DNA from: Azolla caroliniana
Taxonomy: Eukaryota; Plantae; Polypodiophyta
Length of the DNA stretch: 64,000 bases
Assembly: GCA_043228905.1 (NCBI GenBank)
Contig: JBHGNT010000009.1
Location: 12,028,001 to 12,092,000, forward strand
Reading direction: 5' to 3'
The stretch's first letter is position 1. The number at the start of each line of letters is the position of its first letter. Under the pieces are notes generated by a model, which was given only the letters and a program-made list of their open reading frames with translations, was not told where the DNA came from and searched no databases. A program made the position numbers and the translations under genes. This document shows positions 13,064 to 27,065 of the stretch, piece after piece.

Positions 13064-14710
13064 TCAAGAAGTCCTCAAGGAAGGAGGAATCCAAACGTAG
13101 CCATGAGTTCGAACATAACCTACACGCTCTGCAAGTTGATCAGATTCAGGTGGTCCTCTACTACCTGATGGATATATGTGTGGCTTAAACTCTCCATTAT
13201 CTATACGATGAAGAAGAGGCGTAAATATCTCCCATGCTACCTGTTGATGGTTCACAACTTCACAATCATATTATATGTGTACGAATATCCGAGAAGAGTA
13301 AAAATGCGGACTTTTCAAAACTTAGGGGTATTTAGGTAAATGCCAATTAAGACAAGGTTTTTGGTGGATTATTTCCCTTCTTTAACTGATGATGTCTTTG
13401 CACCTTATGTATTCATTATAGTTTCCTTTATTTTGAAATTATGTAATTCAGAGCTTACCCGCAACTCGTCTCTTCGAACAAAATGTTGTTGGTCTCCACG
13501 GATACTGGACCAAAATTTGAGTAAATGGCCGTTAGTAACAACAAATTGAGTTAAAATTTCTATCACGTTACAATACATATAAAGTAACTTTAATAATGCT
13601 CCTCATTGACTACTATCCCTAATTATGTTAGGTGGGACATAATAGTGATCGATCTTATTCAGTTTTTTTGAAGCATACGTATCAAGAAGAAGTCGTTCAT
13701 ATGCCTCTGGGATGATAATATCGTTGTAACGTTCGCGATAAGACAAATCCAGCTCACTTTGTGTCGCCGACATCTCCAAGCCAGGTTGCTTCACCTAGTT
13801 AGTTATTTAGTTAGTTATCATCACAGGAAAACACTCAATATGCCTGAATTTTGTTTTTAAAAGTACATTTTCAAGATAAAGAGGGAAATTAGGTTTGGGA
13901 GAAGCATACTGTTAGTTTCATGTACATAGCTTCAGATGGTTGTAATCTCATCACAAACTCATTCCTTCCTTTGTTCTGGTCTAACATGTTTCAAAAGACA
14001 TGGAATCAATGATATAAATATGATTTGAGGTAAAAAATACGGTGACAGTTAAAGCTGCCTGAGTCAAAAAAACAAGTGATTTTCAGGATACAGTAAATAC
14101 ATAGATGCCCAAGTAGTAAGGAAGTAAGTATTTACACACACATTTATAAATGTCCCCGGGCACATCCTTGAACTGAACACGGATTTCTCCTTTCGTGCTA
14201 TCCAAAGCTTTCCCCGCTTTCAAGATAAACGGGACACCTTCGTTTCATTTCAAATAACCACGTTATTTTGTTTTGTTGGCAGAGAGACTCTTCTTGTGTA
14301 TTATTATGTACACAACAACATTTTACATAGGCAGGAAGGGCTTATCTCCCATACCAGAGTTCAAGAGTCCAGACAAAGGAAAGGAAAATTGCAAAGAATG
14401 AACAGAAACACACCGTCCCATCGCTCGTTATGAATACGCAATACGATAGTAGAAAAGGTTGGGGTACTTGAACCCTTGGGTACTGTTTGGTCATCCAAAT
14501 AGCCATCATACTGTCCCAGGACGATTTCATCGTCTTTGATTGGTTGTATAGATTTTAATACCTAGACATTTAAGAAGATGAGTCTTTTGATCCACCCTAG
14601 TCTGTACACGGACAATCTCAAGTACACATGGATGACTGAAGCTTTTCTTCTTTTCTGATTGCGTTATAGATCATGCATATAAACAAAAAAAAACTTCATA
14701 ATGAACATAT

Positions 14711-14752
<42 letters not shown>

Positions 14753-17140
14753 TCTATGCATGTATACATGTGTATGTAATTTTAAATATTTTAAGACATT
14801 TTGTCTTTTATTATCACATACATTGTATGTCTATCTATAGTATACCTTTACTTTCTCATCTCGGATATGCTCTGGATTGAGAGATACTGGTTTCTCCATA
14901 GCTACCAAACAAAGAATCTGCAATAAAATACTGTTTACTAGGAAAACATGAAACAAGATTGATTTTTGCAAGTAACTAAAAGGATGGCTTCTTATTTATA
15001 TGGATACCTGTAACAAATGGTTTTGCATAATGTCACGAACAATACTGCTCAAAAAAGGGATAAGACCTAGTAAGGAAGGAACATTCGGTCGTGAATAAAC
15101 AAACAGATAATCAAGAGTGCTAGTGCATTTACCCATATTCATCAAAATACCCTCCACGTCCTTCTGTACCAAAACTTTCTTTGAACACTATCTGCAAGAA
15201 ATCTTCTTACTATCTAACTCTTTAACATGTAGCATTGTATAAAACATTGTTGCTCCAACCAATATTGGTATCTGTAACTTGGGTTTCTAGACTGATGAAT
15301 TTACTTATGATTTTATAAGATAGAGAAAGCTCAAGACCTGAATACTGTCAATGTTATCACGGTTCCAGATTGGTAGAAAGAAGCGATTGGAGAATCGCAT
15401 AACAAGCTGCCACAAATGACACAAGTTCGCACTCACAGTAAATAGAAGTTATTTTTTTAAGAGAAAATTTTTCCATCTTCTTGAAAAAGCCAAGATTGAC
15501 AGTTACCAGATTCTGAACCACTTCCTTTCCCAAATAATGATCGATACGATAGATTTGATCCTCGGTAAACAGCTCACGAAGATGGTCACTCAATTCATCA
15601 GATGAACACAAATCTTTTCCGAATGGCTTCTCAATCACCACTCGATTCCACCCACCTAAAAGGCAACCCAATTAGTATTTTTTACTTTCTTCAAAACATA
15701 TTTTTGCTTTTTGGATGAATTGATCACGATGATGAAATCCACATACGTTTGTTCATGCAACATTCCTTGATCATCTTGCTTACTACCGGATAAATACTCG
15801 GAGGTAAAGCTAGGTAGAAAAGCCTGCATACTTTCCTGGTCTTCCTAGCTCCACTCTCCTCATAGTTTGAAATTGCCTCTTCAAGTTTAATGTACCCATC
15901 TTCAGTATCATAAGGTCCAGAAACATAAGTGACCTATAAAAGAACCATTATTCTATGGTCGCAAAGGATTTTCTCCGTCTTGGCAACTTATAACAAGATT
16001 CTATGTTGCTTTCCAGATCATTTGCATATTATGAATCATTTTGCAGGTTAAATAAACACACAAACCAAGTTCAAAAATGTTGTGAGTAAATTGGATGGAT
16101 CGTTGTTCGGATCTTCTTTTCTCACTTTTAGGTACCTAATTCAATGCATTAAAAAAAGACATTAACATATTATTTTTGTACTACCTACATGCTTGAATAC
16201 CACACACCCTAAAATATGATATGATTGATCTACATACACTTCTCCACTTAATGTGGCTAGTACTTACTTAAGCTCAACATCCTAGACCTTGAACCCAAAT
16301 TTTATATACTGATCTAAATTTTGTGGCATTTACATGATTGTATCTCAATCCTAAATCTTTAAAACCTAATTAATATGATTTATCAAAAACCCGAGGGCGT
16401 TTATGCAAAAAACTGATTGATGTTATTGGTCTAAATGCTGCTACACAATTCGTACCGTCCCTATGATTGATCTAAATCATAACTAATTGATATGATTGAA
16501 GTAAAGCTTAGCCAATTATTACGATTGATCTAAAGCTTACCCAAATGATATGATTGATTGGAGTCTTGAAAAATGAGTAGGATTGATATATCTTATCCAA
16601 TGAGTAATGTCCGATCTAAATGTTACCCAATTACCATGATTGGCCTAAAACTTACCTCATGAGTATGATTGACCTCAATATTACCCGATTGGCTTGATAT
16701 ATGTAAACCTTGCCCAAGGAGTATGATTCCCCTAAATCTTACCCAATTGATTTGACATAACTAAGCCTTAGCCGATTAATATGAGCAATCTAAACCCCAA
16801 ATCATTGAATAGCATCAATTACTCAAAAAAGGTTAAACCCTACCTTGAGAGCCGATCTCGAATTTCCTTATCACTAAGGATAGACCTTGCATATCCGAAG
16901 ATCCGAACCTGTTCTGGAGATAGAAAACCCTGCGGAGCTAAACAAGTGATGTTTTGAGGAAGAAGAAGAAAGTATAACTTGGGTTCTGTTTGAAGAAAGA
17001 TCACAAGCAATAAGACATAGGTTTGATTTTACCTGGCAATAGAGATTGAACAATGCAGGGAATGTCTTCTTTTTTGCAAGATCACCAGAAGCACCAAAAA
17101 CCACAACGGAGAGCAAGTCTTCTTCTGAGAATTTGTCCAT
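13064..17140 (-). CDS. G6PD: Glucose-6-phosphate 1-dehydrogenase, cytosolic type, 15 exons, about 496 aa, intact
   Basis: Exons (all GT-AG, phases consistent, total 1491 nt): 17033-17140, 16844-16929, 16066-16135, 15747-15933, 15507-15655, 15338-15406, 15133-15191, 15008-15044, 14846-14917, 14414-14561, 14142-14237, 13910-13980, 13679-13794, 13459-13504, 13064-13240. Motifs [24 protein letters not shown]; no transit peptide; C-terminal YVWIPPSL as in plant cytosolic isoforms. Confidence 0.96.
16215..16800. repeat. Degenerate ~35-bp tandem array in G6PD intron 2
   Basis: Recurrent core ATATGATTGATCTAAA..TTACCCAA about every 33-38 bp. Confidence 0.6.
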
Positions 17141-17242
17141 GAGTTGGGGTGGGTTCACACTGGGGTATCCATGGCCAAGCCAAGCAAAGGTTGATAAGCG
17201 TTAAATATTTCTTTTTTTATAGCAAAAACACTGTCCAAAGCT

Positions 17243-17501
17243 GTTTTTGTTTTTGTTTTTGTTTTTGTTTTTGTTTTTGTTTTAGAGAAAATAGTTTGCA
17301 CCCAAACCTCAAAGAAATACATATACATAATATCTCTAGCTAGATACACGCAGATTCCCCCAAGATCTTGAATGAGAATAGATAATTGGGGAGATAATTG
17401 GTGGTCCGAGAGAGAATTTACCAGGCAGGAGAGACGAGAATGTGAAGATGTATTTCTCAGAGAGAGAGAGAGAGAGTGTGTGTGTGTGTGTGTGTGTGTG
17501 C
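17243..17501. repeat. Microsatellites upstream of G6PD: (TTTTTG)n at 17243-17284, (AG)n(TG)n at 17459-17500
   Basis: Seen directly. Confidence 0.85.
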
Positions 17502-18639
17502 ACTTCAGCTGAAAACACAGATGAGTTCAGAAGAAGCAAGGGAAGGGAAACAAAAAAAAGAAAAGGAGAAAGAGAGAGGGTTGGTTGCAGCCTTTTTTTT
17601 ATTTATTTTAATGTTAGTAGTTGTTCATCAATTAATTCCACACTTCAATTGAAATTGGAAGCCAAACATTTAACAAACCATCAATCCTCCTCCTCCAGAG
17701 TTCACACTTTTAATGTTGGGTGAGTTAATGAGTGAGTGAGTGAGTAACATGTCAACAACACCTAGATGATGGATGGATGTTTCATGTATGTATGTATGTA
17801 TGTATGTATGTACATACTAAATTCAAATTCAAGAAATTTAAGATTCAAAAAAGCAACTCATCGTGTGTCATGTGTGCCTCTTACAAACACTTGGAAGCAA
17901 CAACTCATATCAGCACTTGAGAAATATACATATGTTTTTGTCTGTTTGGGTTATTGTTCTCGTTGTAGTTCGTAAAATTTGTGTTCGTCTAGCATAACAT
18001 TCGTTTTCCTACATTGGAAAACGAATGTGAATGCTATTCAAACATTCTTGTGTTTTTTTTTGTTTTTTCCCCATTTTTAATGTTTTTTTTAGTTTTTTCC
18101 ATTTTTTAGGCTTATTTACCTCATAATAAATAGTTTATCCAAAATATTGATATTTTTTTTTTTTTCTTATGCGAATGCGAATGCGAATGCACGTATGGTA
18201 CGTATGGGTCATACTATGGTTCTCGCAGACAAATAGTTGTATTTCAATTGTGGATATCTTCCCGTTGTGTGAGTTAGGTCTTCGAGTCTTTTATTAGTAT
18301 TAAACTTGAGGTTTGAATGCTTTGTTACATTGCAAAATGTTATTACGGGAGTAAGATAAGTGGATAACGATTCCAACAACTCATCGATTTCGTACCCTCT
18401 CTCTCTATAAGTACGAGCAAGTTGGTAGGATAAAACTTAAAGACTTTAAGCATGTTGGAAGAATTATTGTTCGTAAAATATAATAACTTCTTTCTATCTA
18501 ATCGATGTCAAATATAAAGTCTCATGTTAAGTACCAAGCATCTAAAATAAATGTGTGCATATTATCTCCTCATGTAGCTTTCAGGATGAATTCAATATTA
18601 TGTTGTTATGTGTTTGGTAGGCCTGAATGAAACACATGA

Positions 18640-20050
18640 TATTCTCACACACAATGCATGTCTCATATGTCATGTTTTGTATATTCTCCTAGGAACAGAA
18701 CCCACCAATCTCTCATAAATTCATCCTAATGAATAGCCATATTGTTATGGTGCCTTCATATCCCATTATGTTCGCACCAACCTATTAGCCCCACACGATT
18801 TTGTTTTCCAATCAAACAAAGTGTGATGTATGTTTCCACTTTTTGGCCAATATATATTCATCCTTTGATGCATAATATTAATAGCATGATTTCATTGGGA
18901 GCCAAATTACTGGATTTCCTTTTGCATTGCATCATACAATTGTTTTGCTGGAGAATGTTTTCGAAAGTGTTTGATCAAATGTTTATACAAAATTTTGATC
19001 CTTCAATCAGCGTGTTTTATATTTGCTACAATTTGCTTATGTTGTCCATTAACTCAATAGTCAAACTACATTAGGTGATGTAAAGTGACTATGATAAATG
19101 GAAACAAAAGATGACATGGTAAACCACAATGTGAAAAGCATTGCGTCTATATGTAGTGGCTTATGTCTTGATAGTTTTAACTTCTTAAATGAGAAGATAT
19201 ACATGTGAATCATGTATTGGTAAAGCTTGTGTGTTTTGACCCTAACATTGTGGGCTCTAGTACCGATCAATGTCCATGGTGAGGTTCAAATTAAAATTAC
19301 ATTTAAAAGTATCCATTGTATCTGTTTGAGATAAAGTCATTGTAATGCTTTGCACCTAAAGTTATGTCTTTACAATTCACTTTCTATGACCTAAGAGTTG
19401 AAAATCATACCATTCCCTAGAAGGCAATGCTACTAAATATTAAATATATTTCCTTCTTTGGTGTTCATAAGGTTAATGGAAAGCATTTTTTACGTTGTCT
19501 ATAAACAACTTTTAGAAGCCATGCAAGTTCTTACTTGAACTAGAGTTGTTGATATAATCAATAAAGAAACAATTTCCATGTCTATGTGTTTTTTGGTTTT
19601 CCAAAGAATAAGAAGCTAAAGCTTCCAAGGTATGGAAGCTTGAATAATCTTCAACAAGAACAATTGGTTCCTCAACACAAGGACGTGATGAGCGCAATTA
19701 TGTAATTCAATAATAATTCATTCGTCATTACTATTCTTAGTAGGGCGTGGTTTGTAGTCAATCTTGATGTAATCAATTACATTCAATGCCGAGGAAGATT
19801 CTATCATTTAACTACCACATATCCCCATTGAATGCTCTAATTGCTTAACCATTAATGGATATTATTCTTTAAAATGTACACAAAGAACATCAACATAAAT
19901 CAATCAACAATCATATAAAACGCCTTATATATTTCATAATCAATTTTTGCTAATGTGTGTCCATTACATGTATGTTTTATCTATTCCCCTAACATAAACA
20001 TTCCATTGTATAACTATCTTGAGAATAGAGAGGATAACTCTTCTTTACGG
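18640..20050 (-). mobile_element. Decayed hAT-like (DUF659-type) transposase remnant
   Basis: Fragmentary minus-strand translations (SINLMN, AHNVRVKTH, ELMDNISKL) resemble hAT motifs LINFM, NVVQVVTD and DLMLEDIGKL; many stops. Confidence 0.4.
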
Positions 20051-20428
20051 AAGGATTAACACAATAATGATGATTCTTGAATGTTATTCTCTTGAGGGTC
20101 ATTCCTATATCTGTTGATTAAAGTGTATTGTTGTCTATAATATGTATTAAGAACTTGGGGAAACCACATTGCTAACCATGATAAACTCACTATTGTGGTG
20201 CCCAATGAGGACAATGTTAGCAATTTTTTCTCTAAAGAGAAGAACCTTTCAAATGACAAGTGATTGTCACTCATAACATAAAAAAATACAAATGATATGG
20301 AATTGAGGTTCAACCCTTGATTTAAAGTTGGAATAGGGGGCTCAACCCAAGATTCCAAATTTGCAATGGGGGGTTTGAAAGCTCGTTTGAAAGAGGGGTC
20401 TTTGACTTGGTGGTTGCCAAAAGTCAAA

Positions 20429-22287
20429 TGTTGGCATAAAAGGCTGATTCCTTCCACTTTGTATCCTTAGTGTGAACACGTCTTTAAGTTAGGGCTTTTG
20501 TATATGTAAGCCCAACTGTTACATTGTAAAGTGTGTGTGAGAGAGAGTTTTTTCAGAAGAGAATAACAGAGCCCCCATTAGAGCTAAATCGTGTCAATCT
20601 TACCTTCTACCTTCTTGCATATCTATACTTTGTCTGTGTTGTTTTCTTGACACTACCTTGTAGGTCCTAACATATTCTTCCTTTGCCCCATACATCCTCA
20701 CATATCTCCGACAAGTGGTATCAAAGTGACCTTGTTGTCCGACGGCAACAAACAACAGAAAGTTGAGAAGAGAAGCTAGGCGACTGAGAGAAAAGACCAA
20801 GCCAACAACATCTACTTTCCAGAAAATGGCGACGTAGTTCAGCACAAATGTGGAAATCCGGAAGTTTGACAAGAAGAACTTCACCCTATGGGAAGAAATG
20901 ATGCAAGATGTGCTCATAATCTGAAGACAGGTCGAAGCGATTCACAAAGTGACAAACCAATATCGATGTTTGTTGAAGAGTGGAGATAGATGGAAGAAAT
21001 CGCACGATCGATCATCCGGATGCACCTGCCGAGAACGTCTATTTCAGCATGACCAAGGAGACAACAACATTCTGTTTGTGGAGAAACTTCAGGCCATATA
21101 CGAGAAAAAGTCCTCCTCATCGAAGCTCATATTGATTTGACTGTTGTTCAATATGAAGATGACAGAGACATATTCAACGACCTCCCACATCAACACCTTC
21201 ATCGGGGTGTTGTTTGAGCTCTCCTCCCAAGGGATTAACTTTGAAGAAGAAGTTAAAGCCCTTGCCCTCCTTTTGAGCTTGTTGGCAAGTTGGGAGGTAT
21301 TCTACATGACATTCACCAACAACTGTCCAAAGCTGAATCTGGACGAAACGATCGAACAAGTCCTCATTAAGGACATTTGGCGAAAATTGATGGGACTCAC
21401 CATCGATGATTTGGCAGAAGCCCACTACTCGACCGAGTCGATCGGACGAACCAGGTGATCGAGAGAACAAGTCAAAACAGCAGTCAACCAAGGAGGAGGG
21501 AAGACCGACTTCTATCAAAGTCGAAGAATAGTTGATCAAGTGATTTCTGCACTCATTGTAGAAAGACTGGTCACAAAATTTCCGGTTGTTGGTCCATACA
21601 AATAAAGGAGAATGGTGTGCAATTCGATCTAACACAAGGACAATCTGATTCAAATTGTTCTCCTACTAGTGACCAAGTCAATGTTGCCGAATCCCGGTAT
21701 GGAGAAATCCTGTCCCTAGACTAGTGAAGTCCTATACAATTCCAGCGCCACATTTCATGTGACCCTCACCATGGAATGATATTTGGACTATTCGGCCAGA
21801 GCCATTGGCACAGTCCAACTAGGCAACGGGCAAGAGTGAGTAATCGGAGGTATCAATGAGGTTCCCATCCAATTGCCAAATGACAATACTATCACCCTAC
21901 ACCAAGTCTGGCATGTACCCAAGCTGAAGAGGAGTCTGGTCTCCATCTGCATGCTAGTCGAAGTCGGGTACCAAACAACTCTTAGTGAGTTGTCATGGAT
22001 GATCAACCGAGGAAATATGAAAATCGGGAGCGGATGCAAGTACAACAACATGTATCCACTGATGGCGATCAATCCGGAGGGCATAGTGAATGTAGCCGAA
22101 TCGCTAGATTCCAACTTATGGCATGGCTAACTCGGCCATATGTATCAAGCTAGACTGGACTGATTAATGGTGACTGGTTTCATCTCGAAACTCCAATCAA
22201 AGATGGACTTCTACGAGCATTGTCATTATAGGAAACAGACCCAGACCAAAGTCCACACTCTCTCAATTACAAGATGGTACGACAACC
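20429..22287 (+). mobile_element. Decayed Ty1/copia 5' part (LTR, PBS, gag, protease, GAG-pre-integrase)
   Basis: LTR end GACA at 20713 followed by PBS TGGTATCAAAG at 20716; gag EIRKFDKKNFTLW; LHQVWHVPKLKRSLVS; NLWHG. Left boundary approximate. Confidence 0.8.
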
Positions 22288-25200
22288 TATTGAGAGACAA
22301 GCTCAACATCGGCCGGATCGGCTGAAGAAGCCGAGGACCGGATCGGTTGGGACCGATCGGTTAGGCCAAATGCGTAAACCGGTACGCAGACCGGTGCGTA
22401 GGTAGGGCCGGATCGGTGCGTAAACTCGGAGGCTGTTAGGAAAGATATTCCGTGAGGAATATATTTGGGAGTTAGTGTAGGAGCTCTTAGTGAGCATTGA
22501 AGTACTGTCAGTACTTTGGTCAGTCCTTCTAGGACTTGTATAAAAGTGTTCATTGAACACACATATGTATAGAGAATGGTGAATAGAGTTTTTTGAATAT
22601 AGTTCTTGTGTTTTTTCTCTATCACTCTCTCTGTCTCTCCCGCGTATACTGCGTAAGCTCAAGCTCTCCATTAAACCTGAGTTTTCTTCCTTCTGTTCGG
22701 GAAAATCTGAAGAAGATTTTCGCCGCGAGCACCACAGCCAGGAAGCTTCAGCTCCGACAGGAGTTGAACAACCTACAACAACGCGACTTGTCGGTGGCGG
22801 ACTATACCTTGAAGATCAAGGATATTTGTGACTCCCTCGCCTCCATAGAGGTGAACATCGAGGAGAGCGAGATGGTCCAGATCTGTCTTGGAGGTTTGGC
22901 GTCGAAGTTCGGAGCGTTCCGAACGGCTGTGTGTACCCGGGAGAATACGCCGTCCTTTTTTCACTTACAGTCAATGCTCCTGGTAGAGGAGAACCACGTG
23001 GGTGCGTCTACAAGCACGCACACCGACAACAGAATGTTGTACATGGAGGGAGATAGGCCTCGTGGACGTGGAGGACGAGGCGAGTCGGCACGCAATGGAG
23101 GCGGCCGACGAGATCAAGGAAGAAGGCACCGAAGTGATGCCGACAGCAACTCCGGACCCTCCGGAAACAGGGGGAGTCGAAGCGATGAGAACCGGCAAGG
23201 CAAGGCCATCGCGGAGTGTTGGTACTGTGGCAAGAAAGGCCACAGGGAAAGTGAGTGCTGGAAGAAGCGCGCCGATTCGGAGAGAACCGGTTCCGGAAAC
23301 GGCTCCGGACATACTGACAAGGGAAATCGGCAGCGATCACACTACGCCGAAGACTCCGGGAGAGCCAGAGAAGGGTCTGTCTTCGTGACGAGACACGAAG
23401 CAAACTCAATGAAACGGACCACCCCGAGATCGGACGAGGTGTGGTACGTAGACTCCGGCGCGTCAAACCACATGACGAGTCATAAGGAGTGGTTCTCGTA
23501 CCTTGAAAAACCGATACAACCTGGAGTAGTCGCAACTGAAGACGACACTCTGCATCCGATCGCGAATGTCGGAGAAGTTCCCCTTAGCCATGTCGGGCAG
23601 AAAGGGAAACTCATGAACGTGCTGCACATTCCGACAATCACGAAGAACTTGGTCTCGGTCGGACAGATCGTCGACCAAGGGATGGAGGTTCGGTTTACAC
23701 ACCTCGGGTGCTTCATTGAGGAAGAAGGCCGTGTGATTGCGCAAGGGCGCAGAGACGGGAGGATGTTCATCCTCGATTCCACTGACGGCGGCACCGCAAT
23801 GTTCGGGAAGGGACAAAAATCCGAGTCGGACATCGACTTGTGGCACAAGCGGATAGGCCATGTCAACTACCAGTGGCTTCAAGATCTGCAATCGAAACAG
23901 GTAGTGTTCGGATTGCCCAAATTTAGTGGCCGAAAGGCACAAATTTGTGAAGCCTGCCAGCTCGGGAAGCAACACCGACTTCCTTTCCCCAATGAGCGAA
24001 ACCGGAGCCGGAACAAGCTCGACCTTATACACTCCGATGTATGGGGGCCGACACAAAACGTTAGTCTTGGCGGGAGCCGATATTTCATCTCCTTCATCGA
24101 CGACCACACGCGGCACACGTGGATCTACCTCATTGAGAGGAAGAGCGAAGTCTTCGACTGTTTCCGGGACCTCAAAGGGTTCGTGGAAACGGAAACGGGA
24201 CGAAAGATCAAGTGCCTGCAGTCAGATGTCGGGAAAGAGTACTTTTCTAGTCAATTCAACGGTTATCTACAACAAATGGGAATTCGGCACAAATTTAGTT
24301 GTAGATACACGCTGGAGCAGAACGGCGTGGCCGAGAGGAAGAATCGGTCGATTGTGGAAGCGGCACGGGCAATGCTGGAGGAGAAGAGCTTGCCCAAGTT
24401 CTACTGGGCTGAGGCGGTAAGGACCGCGATATACATCCAGAACCGGATCGGAGACAAAGTGTCGGCGCACGAGCTATATTTCAGAACGAAGCCGAACTTG
24501 CGACACTTGAGGGTGTTCGGTAGCATTGCGTATGTGCATGTACCGAAGGAGAAAAGGAGGAAGTTGGACGCAAAGGCCGAGAAATGCATCTTGGTCGGTT
24601 ACCCGGACGAGCACAAGGGTTATAAGTGCTATAACCCTTGCACCAAACAAGTGCGTGTCAGCCGCGACGTTGTGTTTGACGAGTCCGCGTCCTGGTACCA
24701 GCCCCCGACTCCGAACCCCGACTCCAATCCGAGCTCTGACGATGAGGTCAGAGAGGCCGAGATGCCTCCGGATGAGCTCGAAATCGAGACCCGCGAAGAG
24801 AGTCCGATTTCACACCGTTTAAGTGGACTGAGTGGACCGATTGGACGACTGAGTCGGTACGACCAGTCCGATGAAGAGCCGGCGAGTAGTGGAGACTCGG
24901 CCGTGCATTCACCGCGCAGGAAGCCGAGGAGACGGCTTATGCGCAAAGAGAAAGGGAAGAAGAAGGTGTCGGATTCCGGCACGGATAGGAACGAGTTAGA
25001 CTGACGCGAGTCCGACTCCGAGGGAACCGGTGACGGGTCTTTAAAGGTGAAGTCCGCGTCGACCGAGAAGGCCTCGACATCGGCTAATGCTAGATTACGC
25101 CGATCTACCCGCCAGAAGAACCCTATTTTGCGGTTCGGATACAACGAGTACATGGTGCATCATTATGCGTACATGACCCGTGTAGTGGAAGTGTGTGAGC

Positions 25201-27065
25201 CGGAGAGCTACGCAGAAGCGGCTAAAGACACAAATTGGCGTGCCGCGATGGAGGAAGAGATGCACGCATTGGCGGAGAACGAGACCTGGGACCTAGTTGG
25301 CGCACCAATAGGGGTAAAACCGATCGGGTGTAGGTGGGTGTACAAGGTCAAGTACAACACCGATGGCTCGATCAACCGGTACAAGGCTCGGCTAGTGGCA
25401 AAGGGCTACGCGCAGAAACACGGCATCGACTACGATGAGACATTTGTGCCGGTCGCGAAAATGACGACCGTCCGTGTTTTGCTCGCAGTAGCTGCGGCGA
25501 AGGGGTGGCACTTACATCAGATGGATGTAAAGAATGCGTTCCTGCAAGGTGACCTTGAGGAACAAGTGTACAAGGTACAACCCCCCGGATTTCACTCCGG
25601 AACGAACTCCTCAGCAGTATGCCGACTGAAGAAGTCCCTTTACGGACTGAATCAAGCCCTGCGTGCCTGGAACGCGAAGATCACGCAACAACTGCATTGG
25701 ATGGGCTTCGTCACGTCAAAATCAGACTCTTCCCTGTTCATCCGGAAATGTTGACTCGGACCGGTTAGTATTTTACTATATGTTGATGACTTGGCCATCA
25801 CCGGCGCCGACCTCGGTGAAATCGATCGCGTGAAGCTCTAGCTTGCGGCATCGTTCGACATGAAGGATCTGGGGGACCTTCATTACTTCCTCGGGATCGA
25901 AGTGATCCGTACCCCCGAAGGCATATTGATCAGCCAACGTCATTACGTGCTGAGTATGCTCTTCAAATTCGGGATGGCCGACTGTAAGTCCGTCTCGACT
26001 CCTCTGGACAGAACCGTCAAGCTTCGTCCCGATACGGGAAAGGTATGCGACCCGACGAGGTTCCGACAAATTGTCGGAAGCCTCATATACTTGACCATCA
26101 CCCGACCCGACCTCAGTTATCCAGTCGGAGTGATCAGTCAGTTCATGGCGCGACCTACCGAGGAGCACCTTCAGTGTGCGCAACGCATACTTCGGTATGT
26201 CAACGACACTAAGGACCGGGGACTGCTATATCGGACCGGTGCAGCCGTGCAGTTAGTCGGCTACACCGATGCTGATTGGGCTGGCAACGCCGCCAATCGC
26301 GGATCCACGTCTGGATACGCGTTCTCCCTCGGGAGTGCCGCGATCGCGTGGAGCAGTAAGAAGCAGCCGACAGTTGCACTGTCGAGCACCGGAGCTGAGT
26401 ACCGAGGAGCGGCTGTCGGAACATGCGAAGCCATATGGTTGAAGCGGCTACTTAAGGACCTGCAAGAGGAGGTGTCCGATCCAACGACGATCTACTGCGA
26501 CAACCTCAGCAACATCCAACTCGCGAAGAACCCCGTCTTCCACGCACGGACCAAGCACAATCAGGTGCACTACCATTTCGTTCGTGAGCGTGTCCTCTCC
26601 GGTGAAGTCGAACTTCAGTACGTTCTGACAGATCGGCAGACTGCCGACATCTTCACCAAGCCTCTTGGTCTGGACAAGTTGCAGCAATTCTCAGGTGCGC
26701 TCGGATTGCGTCACCTCAACGTGCCAAACTTGCGGGGGAGAACAGTCCCGAATGACCAAGCAAGGCAGCAGGAAAGGAGCAGAGACCGCGACACCACCGA
26801 GTCGATTGACTCGGTTGTCGAGTTCGACTTCGGATCGGCTGAAGAAGCCTAGGGCGGACCCGCGGAAAAGTTCGGAAGAGGACAGAAGGGGAGCAACCGA
26901 AGGAGAGAGCCGAAGCCAACCACGCATGGGGAAGATGACGCCACTGAGGGCGAGAAGACCGAAGACGAGTTGGGGACAGCCAACTCGGACGAGAGCGAAA
27001 ACCGATCGGAGGTAGCCGAGTCGGTTCGGATGTTTGATTCAAACACGTTGAATCAACCGAGGCCC
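22288..27065 (+). mobile_element. Ty1/copia element, near-complete gag-pol with stops; 5' LTR fused to mid-gag by a deletion; no 3' LTR
   Basis: LTR-like 22288-~22697; gag from ENLKKIFAAS; zinc knuckle CWYCGKKGHRESEC; protease VDSGAS; integrase, RT (LYVDD) and RNase H (ADIFTK) in ORFs 22593-25004, 25047-25754, 25860-26852. Confidence 0.93.

Noticed and set aside
13064-17140. Plastidic G6PD or pseudogene
   Set aside because: No transit peptide, cytosolic-type C-terminus, and all 15 exons splice in frame without stops.
22593-22697. Hydrophobic signal-like N-terminus of the 803-aa ORF
   Set aside because: It is LTR sequence joined to mid-gag by a deletion.
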